A stretch of 64,000 nucleotides of DNA from an uncultured Pseudomonadota bacterium (lineage in GTDB: Bacteria; Oederibacteriota; Muellerivitia; Muellerivitales; Muellerivitaceae): the NCBI GenBank assembly GCA_963836235.1, contig CAWIIP010000002.1, positions 768,001 through 832,000 on the forward strand, in the 5' to 3' direction. Shown piece after piece: positions 58,901 to 64,000 of this stretch (within the stretch, counting starts at the first letter, position 1; the number at the start of each line of letters is the position of its first letter). The notes beneath the pieces were generated by a model. It ran no database searches and was not told the origin of the DNA. It saw nothing but the letters and a program-made list of their open reading frames with translations. The translations under genes and the position numbers were made by a program.

Positions 58901-59924
58901 CGATGGTGCTGTTGTCCCATGCGACTCCGTCGGAAGAGGTCGCGCCGAATTCCTCGATGATAACAGCGTGGGCCGGGCTGGTGGCCGTGGCATCCGTGAT
59001 ATAGGTGTCCCATTGGGATCCGCCCGCCGGGTATCCCTTGCTGGAATAAACATGGGAGGAATAGAGGACGCCATTGCCCGAACCCGTATCGGTCAGGTCA
59101 TTGGCGGGTAGCCCCGTCAAGTCGAAAGCCCAGTTAAGTCCGCCCGCCACCACGATGTTATTGGCGCCCGCGTTGCGGACAGCGGTCAAGAGGGCCTGGA
59201 GGCCCGGAGTTGTGAAACCATTGGCCGCGCCACCGTCCCGCCAGATGGACCAGCTGACGTCGTGGGGCTCGTTATAGATGTCGAACATGACGGCGGGATT
59301 GTTGGCATAAGTGGAGGCCACCGAGGACCAGAAAGTGACGGCGTTCATGTCCGGCATATCTTGTTGGGCGGTAGCGCCACCCCATCCCGTTCCGCAAGGT
59401 GCTGTCGCGGTGCTTGAGGTTCCCGACCAATGGAGGTCCAAATCCAAATAGACATTGTTCGCGGAGCAATAGTTGATGACCGCCTGGATTTCCGCCCGAT
59501 AGGCGGTTTGATTGGGCGTCCCTCCTGAATTGGTACAGCCGAACCAAAAATCCTGGTTGATGGGGAACCGGACGCAGTTGGCGTGCCAAACGCTGACCGC
59601 CTCAGTGATGATCGAAACGTAATCCGTCATGGTGACGCCGCTAATAGTGGTCGTGGGACGGCCTGTGCCACCGTCACCCGTGGGGCTATATTCCATTCCG
59701 GAAACGTCCACACCCTTTAAGCGGACAGTACAACCGCCGCTGGCTGTAACAATCTGGTTACCCGAGATTTTAAGTTGAGCGGAAGTCGCGTGAACTTCGG
59801 AAGGAACCACCACAAAAAAGAGGAAAACCGCAAGGGACAAAAAGGACACAAAAACAAATCGAGCGAAAAACGTTTTTAAGTTTTCGCATAAAGTGAATTT
59901 CTGGATTTTAAAGGACCCGTTCAT
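55995..59924 (-). CDS. Secreted GH5 glycoside hydrolase (cellulase-like) with DUF11-like domain, Thr/Ser stalk and T9SS-like CTD
   Basis: LKGV..SGME, ANCVRFP, LDLHW, FDIYNEPH (acid/base), H.Y, IIEEFG (nucleophile); VYPNP..LASGLYY..KLLILR. Confidence 0.9.
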   Translation of the reverse strand: MNGSFKIQKFTLCENLKTFFARFVFVSFLSLAVFLFFVVVPSEVHATSAQLKISGNQIVTASGGCTVRLKGVDVSGMEYSPTGDGGTGRPTTTISGVTMTDYVSIITEAVSVWHANCVRFPINQDFWFGCTNSGGTPNQTAYRAEIQAVINYCSANNVYLDLDLHWSGTSSTATAPCGTGWGGATAQQDMPDMNAVTFWSSVASTYANNPAVMFDIYNEPHDVSWSIWRDGGAANGFTTPGLQALLTAVRNAGANNIVVAGGLNWAFDLTGLPANDLTDTGSGNGVLYSSHVYSSKGYPAGGSQWDTYITDATATSPAHAVIIEEFGATSSDGVAWDNSTIAWLNGTNDHNYVYSGMAWAFSSDVSPTLLTSFSGYPTTSYHGAPVSTWLAQLNQTPTPNCVAGSPVPTGTPTKTFTATPSFTPTATTVPPSITLTKTTGGPTSGYPETGTAIAMTITVCNASGSVTANGVTVVDNITNPLSWSQDGPNFSQWAVTVSGVPVTINPLNTSGFPITWVVSNLPGGDCVPIAFSVVAYSFNASDSCQVVSDKGTATWSGGGPVNSNTIAITVICNTPSPTPTSSPTNTPVVNTSTATKTATNSATPTATKTPTFTPSNSPTNTPLNATSTPTNSATNTATKTVTNSPTNTLTSTPTTTRTNTPANTSTSTVTSTTTNTATTTATSTPTKTVTNSPTNTSTSTATRTATATTTNTASNSPTYTSSLTPTGSPTNSPTRTFTATATNTLVNTATLTATSTSTRTATATTTNTASNSPTYTSSLTPTGSPTNSPTRTSTATATNTLINTGTPTSTATVTTTNTASNSPTYASSLTPTGTATNSPTRTSTATVTNTLINTGTPTSTATVTTTNTASNSPTYTSSLTPTGTATNSPTRTSTATATNTLINTGTPTSTATVTTTNTASNSPTYTSSLTPTGSPTNSPTRTSTATVTNTLINTGTPTSTATVTTTNTASNSPTYTSSLTPTETLTNSPTRTSTATATNTLINTGTPTKTSTMTPTSTATNTLVNTATATTTSTASVTPTFSPTPVTVSASQGSSPPGSSTQIPGASGVPIQQIQMNNPSSNPVTLTSITLTGTGSLPSGITSVNLFANGTLISTASFSGSNATFNFNGVIPGANGAVTYEVTANFSSSSPVGSYSFSATNATGSNGQPLLFTGLPVSGVTVTIVAATATYTPSSTVTSTATKTITPMPTVTATPTSTPSAKPVVYPNPTTGGTVQLNPDLTSPSDVSIEIFTIAFRKVATLNYSNVQPGASVPIPLVDKRGTPLASGLYYVVVQTNQGRSILKLLILR
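56900..57800 (-). repeat. 150-nt (50-aa) tandem repeat in the GH5 stalk, about six copies
   Basis: The anchor taagt(c/t)gg recurs at 57001, 57151, 57301, 57451 and 57601, then at 57769. Confidence 0.9.
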
Positions 59925-60116
59925 GGTGTCCCCTTTTTGAGATGACTACTTTTCCAACCGGGTAAATTATTTGTAAAACACCCGCTGATTTTAATGAAAT
60001 TAGACCGGTTTCACTAAAATCGTTATTATAAATATACCACCTTATACAACAAATGGTCAAAAAGGGCTAAAACTAAAGGATTAAGCAAAGATCTTCCAAA
60101 CAGAAGAATTACACGT

Positions 60117-60485
60117 TCAACTTATTTTCTTAGTTTTGGAATGAACCTTTTTTGGAACGTGATAATGAATAACCTGAATGTCCTGCACCGTCACGAGGCA
60201 ATGTTGGGGAAGCATGGGCTCCACGACATTCAATGCCTTCAGGATTTGCTTAGGGATATCCACGACTTCAATCATCACTGGAAGATTTTCCATGATTTCG
60301 ATGATTTGCGCCGAATGGATTCGGGCGGAAGAGCCATAGCCCTCGATACCTTTAAAGACCGAGGCGCCCGCGACGCCGATGCTTAAAAACTTCTCCACGA
60401 TGGCCCGGTAAAGCAATTGGTTTTGCCATTTAATGTCTTCGTCGACATAGATCCGAAGCGCCTTGCATTTTCCTTGAAGCTTCAT
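60117..60485 (-). CDS. DUF190 family protein
   Basis: LRIYVDE, GVAGASVFKGIEGYG, LPVMIEVVD; typical crcB partner. Confidence 0.92.
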   Translation of the reverse strand: MKLQGKCKALRIYVDEDIKWQNQLLYRAIVEKFLSIGVAGASVFKGIEGYGSSARIHSAQIIEIMENLPVMIEVVDIPKQILKALNVVEPMLPQHCLVTVQDIQVIHYHVPKKVHSKTKKIS

Positions 60486-60494
60486 GGTTTCCTC

Positions 60495-60869
60495 CTATAG
60501 GACCCTTCCAACCGTGACGCCAGCCCAAGTGGCCGCCAAACAACCCATCAATGTCAAAGTAACATTCACCGCGGCCAGTTTCAAGTTGCCTTCCTGGATG
60601 TAACGGAAGGTATCCCAACTGAAGGTGGAATAGGTGGTGAAGGAGGCGCACCAGCCGACCGCCACAAAATAGCGGGCATTAGGCGTGAACAGGCCCCGGT
60701 CCAAATGCATCGTCAGGAACAGCCCCAGCACGAAAGAACCGATCAAGTTGATCAGGAGCGTTCCGTATACAAAATGGGTCCCCAACTTGTCGGCCGCGAA
60801 AAGCCCGAACCAATAGCGGCAAAAGGCGCCCAGGATGGCTCCCGTTGCCATGATGAGATATTTATCCAT
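60495..60869 (-). CDS. crcB: Fluoride efflux channel Fluc/CrcB
   Basis: GAILGAFCRY, GTLLINLIGSF, FTTYSTF; GGAGG RBS; riboswitch upstream. Confidence 0.95.
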   Translation of the reverse strand: MDKYLIMATGAILGAFCRYWFGLFAADKLGTHFVYGTLLINLIGSFVLGLFLTMHLDRGLFTPNARYFVAVGWCASFTTYSTFSWDTFRYIQEGNLKLAAVNVTLTLMGCLAATWAGVTVGRVL

Positions 60870-60903
60870 CGCTTCCCTCCTCAAATTAAATGTGGCCTAA
60901 AAT

Positions 60904-60936
60904 AAAAAACTCCTATCCCCGGATGGGGATAGGAGT
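60904..60936 (-). terminator. Riboswitch-controlled intrinsic terminator
   Basis: 12-bp stem actcctatcccc/ggggataggagt with a U6 tail on minus; overlaps the aptamer 3' end. Confidence 0.88.
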
Positions 60937-60982
60937 CATCGGCCTCTCAAAGAGACGGTTGTGGCGAACTCCATCGCCTTAG
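60929..60982 (-). ncRNA. Fluoride riboswitch (crcB motif)
   Basis: Minus strand reads GGCGATGGAGTTCGCC..AACCG..hairpin..GCCGATGACTCCTA, matching the consensus; directly upstream of crcB. Confidence 0.95.
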
Positions 60983-61052
60983 TTTTATGTGGAATAATTT
61001 TAAGACATCCTCCGCCCCTTCGGCAACAAAGAAAGAGGCCCATTTCTCCCGC

Positions 61053-61751
61053 TCAAACTTCCGCCCAACGCCTTAAGAGATTGTTGTAAATCCCGGTGAA
61101 TTGCACAAGTGAGGAATGGTCCGGATGGTCACGATGGAGCGTCTGGACCGCCAATTCCAACTCCACTAGAAGGGCTCTCTTCCCCTCGTCGCGCACCATG
61201 CTTTGGATCCAAAAAAAAGCCGCCATCCGCGTCCCGCGTATCACCGACTTTACCTCATGGAGGCTACTGGCCGGATAAAGCACCATATGTCCCGCCGGAA
61301 GTTTGACCTTGTGAACCCCATAGGTGTCCTCGACCACCAATTCTCCCCCGTCGTAATCCTCGGGGTTGGCGAGGAAAAGGGTGGCCGAAAGGTCACTGCG
61401 CATCCGCAACTGCCGCCCCGCCGGATCCGGTGCCTGGCGGATGGCGTTGTCGATATGGGGTCCATAGGTTTGTCCTCCCTCGTAGCGGTTGAAAAGCGGC
61501 GGGGACACTTTGAAGCACAGGGACACCATATTGAAGATCTTGTTTTGCTCCAGCGCGGAACGGATCATCGCCCCGGCCTCCAGTTCGGCGGGCTGGCCCT
61601 TTTTTAGTTCCATGTTGCTCTTCACCTTGGCCGCCTGGTGCCCCGCGGTCAGCCGCCCGTCCACCCACTCGGCCTTCTCCAGTTTCTGGCGGATTTGAGC
61701 CACCTGCTCGGGACTGAGAACATCCGGCACGTTGAATAACATGTTCGGCAC
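61053..61751 (-). CDS. PKHD-type Fe(II)/2-oxoglutarate dioxygenase (PiuC/YbiX family)
   Basis: WVDGRLTAG, PPLFNRY, HIDNA, DLSATLFL, YDGGEL, LHEV, FFWIQS. Confidence 0.93.
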   Translation of the reverse strand: MPNMLFNVPDVLSPEQVAQIRQKLEKAEWVDGRLTAGHQAAKVKSNMELKKGQPAELEAGAMIRSALEQNKIFNMVSLCFKVSPPLFNRYEGGQTYGPHIDNAIRQAPDPAGRQLRMRSDLSATLFLANPEDYDGGELVVEDTYGVHKVKLPAGHMVLYPASSLHEVKSVIRGTRMAAFFWIQSMVRDEGKRALLVELELAVQTLHRDHPDHSSLVQFTGIYNNLLRRWAEV

Positions 61752-61955
61752 CCTCCTCCATTAACTTTCGGGCTTGTTCTTAACGGATACCCAAGACATT
61801 TTTACCACCAATTTCACCCGGGGAGCAAAACAAATCAAAAAAGCCGAAGCATCCTTTATTCGAACTCCCCCTTGACCGAGAAAAGGGCTGGTCAGCTAGT
61901 TCTATATAGAGAACAGATAGGATAAAATGCGGCATTCCCAAGGCAGGAGCGGCCC

Positions 61956-62654
61956 ATGCCCCATATTACTTGTTTCCAGCATATCGATTGTGAAGGTCCC
62001 GGTTACCTGTTGAACGTCCTGAAGGCCAAGCGGATTGAAGTGGAGCTATTAAAACCCTTCAAGGGTGACACCGTTCCGGAACGTTTGGGGGACGGCCTCA
62101 TCGTCCTGGGCGGACCCATGGGTGTATATGAGGAAAACCAGTTTCCCTGGATGACGGCGGAGCTCAAGGCCATCCGCCATTGCTTGGCCTCTTCGATTCC
62201 TGTTTTGGGAATCTGCCTGGGTTCCCAGATGCTGGCCCATGCCGCCGGTGGCCAGGTTTTCCGCGGTGCCCAGCCCGAGGTGGGTTGGTACCCCATCGAA
62301 CAGACTCCGGAAGGCCGCCTGGACTCCCTATTCTTGGGAGTTGCCCCGGAGTTTGAAGCCTTTCATTGGCACGGGGACACCTTCACGCTTCCTTCCAATG
62401 CCCTGCGCCTGGCAGGAAGCCGCCTCTATCCTAATCAAATATTTAAAACAGGGAATAACGCTTATGGTTTCCAATGCCACTTGGAAGTCACGGAAGAAAT
62501 GGTGAAAAACTGGGCCGCGATTTACGCTAAGGAACTGACGCCCTCGGGTGGGCCCAACCGTCCTGAGCGCATCGAGGACCATCTTTCCGAAAAGGCCAAG
62601 GCCCTCCAGGCTGTTGGCGAAACGGTTTTCAGCCGCTTCGCCGCGCTGTTGTAA
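61956..62654 (+). CDS. Type 1 glutamine amidotransferase-like protein
   Basis: QH..CEGPG, LGGPMG, LGICLGSQ, WHGDTF, FQCHLE. Confidence 0.92.
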   Translation: MPHITCFQHIDCEGPGYLLNVLKAKRIEVELLKPFKGDTVPERLGDGLIVLGGPMGVYEENQFPWMTAELKAIRHCLASSIPVLGICLGSQMLAHAAGGQVFRGAQPEVGWYPIEQTPEGRLDSLFLGVAPEFEAFHWHGDTFTLPSNALRLAGSRLYPNQIFKTGNNAYGFQCHLEVTEEMVKNWAAIYAKELTPSGGPNRPERIEDHLSEKAKALQAVGETVFSRFAALL

Positions 62655-62655
62655 T

Positions 62656-62684
62656 AAAAAAGGCGCGCCTGGGGAGGCGCGCCT
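62656..62684 (-). terminator. Intrinsic terminator between convergent genes
   Basis: aggcgcgcct-gggg-aggcgcgcct stem with an A6 run on +. Confidence 0.7.
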
Positions 62685-62891
62685 CAACTTCAAAGGGAGA
62701 AATAAATAAAGTCGTTTGTTATTTGGTGCTTTCCAGCAGCCAAGCCGCCTCGGCAATCCATCCGCTCAAAATGAAAACTCCCCATCCAATTTTCCAGCCT
62801 TTAGAAAGACCCGGTTTCATAGAAACCTCCCTACCCGTTCTTGCCTGCTACAACCTATAGACGGGGAGGGTTGGATTTAGTTCAAAAATAA

Positions 62892-64000
62892 TTATTCCGT
62901 TGGAACTGAGGGCCTCAAGGGCACCGATAGGGTTTTAATCTCCAACGAAGTTCCCGAAAGACCTTCCGAAGAAGCCTTCAAGACGATGGGACCGGCCTTT
63001 TTATCCGACTGTACGATCACCTGGGCCAAGCCGGAAAAGAGGCTTCGCTTCCATTGGCCCGCCGGGATAACTGTTCGGATGGACCCCGGGTCTCCGTTCA
63101 GGTTTTCCCACTTCCAGCGCCGCAATAATTCTGTCCCCACTACCGCGTAAATATTACGGCCCTTTCTTAAGATGGACTTAGGGAGAGGGTAAGCCTTCCC
63201 GGTGTCGTCCCGCTTGATTTTATCGGCGATCAAGTGCCCGTTCACGTAAATAGCCTGCCCATCCACGATGCTTTTGGGAAGCAAAACGATCTCGCTATAT
63301 TCATCCAATTGGGGAAGATAGAACCGGCAACGAACAACCCTTACCGAGGGTTTATCCTTGGAAACGTTTCCCTGGTCGTCGTCCCGGCCCTGGAAGAGGT
63401 CAGGCCATTTTGATTCATCCGGCAGGTCATATTCCACCTCGGGCCTTTTTCCTAAAGAGCCCCCATTCATCATTTTCGGCTCCAAAAGTCTTAATTGGGA
63501 AACCGTCTCGAAATATTGGTCCGGCTCGTGGCAGGAGGGATCTCCATTCCCCACTCCAATAATCTTCCCCGGGCCTTCCAGTGAGAATCGGATTTCGCTC
63601 CCCGCCGTGGGAACCAGCCTTCCTTTATTGTCCTTCACTTCCACCGTCACCACCGAAACATCCTCCCCATCCGCCTTGATCTGGGCGCGGTCGGGCATGA
63701 GCGCGATAGAAGCCGGTTTGCCCGTGGTTTCCTGCTTGGCCATGGCCACGACTTTCCCACCCTTATAACCCTTGGCCGAAAGAGTCCCCGGCTCATAGGA
63801 AACCTGCCATTCCAAATGGGAATTCACCGGCATAGCTTCTCTCCCCAGGCTCTTGCCATTCAGGAACAATTCCACTTCCTCACAATTGCTGAAAGCCCGT
63901 ACCTGTATATTCTGACCTTCCTTTCCCGGCCAATTCCAATGGGGCGAAAGCAAAAGCACCGGTTCGTCGGTCCAGAAAGCCTTCAGGTAGTCATAGCAGT
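62892..64000 (-). CDS. Partial (5'-truncated) GH2 beta-galactosidase-like protein, C-terminal domains
   Basis: Frame is open to the edge: YLKAFWTDEPVLLLSPHWNW, SNCEEVELFLNG, YEPGTL, GVGNGDPS, FSGLAQVIVQ. Confidence 0.9.
   Translation of the reverse strand, partial: CYDYLKAFWTDEPVLLLSPHWNWPGKEGQNIQVRAFSNCEEVELFLNGKSLGREAMPVNSHLEWQVSYEPGTLSAKGYKGGKVVAMAKQETTGKPASIALMPDRAQIKADGEDVSVVTVEVKDNKGRLVPTAGSEIRFSLEGPGKIIGVGNGDPSCHEPDQYFETVSQLRLLEPKMMNGGSLGKRPEVEYDLPDESKWPDLFQGRDDDQGNVSKDKPSVRVVRCRFYLPQLDEYSEIVLLPKSIVDGQAIYVNGHLIADKIKRDDTGKAYPLPKSILRKGRNIYAVVGTELLRRWKWENLNGDPGSIRTVIPAGQWKRSLFSGLAQVIVQSDKKAGPIVLKASSEGLSGTSLEIKTLSVPLRPSVPTE

Noticed and set aside
25207-59924. Diversity-generating retroelement or invertible shufflon acting on the surface proteins
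   Set aside because: No reverse transcriptase or recombinase, no template/variable repeat pair with adenine-specific mismatches, and the CTDs are too diverged at DNA level to be inversion sites.

Overview
Bacterial chromosomal window, mostly GC-rich with AT-richer patches. It has no rRNA, tRNA, CRISPR array or transposase that I can support. The left part holds a partial DUF262-like/HEPN gene pair, small stress genes with palindromic repeat elements, a vapBC module, and a glycosylation operon (GT4, flippase-like, GT2, three YfhO-type GT-C proteins, FkbM methyltransferase) that also contains a DapF with both catalytic Cys replaced by Ser. Housekeeping genes follow (bcp, ilvD, ROK, GH57, DUF4912, LacI). 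From about 25 to 60 kb there are five large secreted proteins (an adhesin-like protein, a 2459-aa propeller mosaic, two S8 proteases and a GH5), all with long alternating-Thr stalks and a shared T9SS-type-A/FlgD-like C-terminal domain. Between them lie four more GT-C enzymes: two TMTC-like proteins with an N-terminal HTH-like segment, one YfhO-like and one TMEM260/DUF2723-like. I infer a candidate dedicated O-glycosylation and surface-display system. A second notable feature is an orphan ParB-like gene carrying three 17-bp palindromes at 42-bp spacing inside its own coding sequence. The right end holds a fluoride riboswitch-crcB-DUF190 unit, a PiuC-like dioxygenase, a glutamine amidotransferase and a partial GH2. 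All family calls come from motif recognition by eye; no searches were run.
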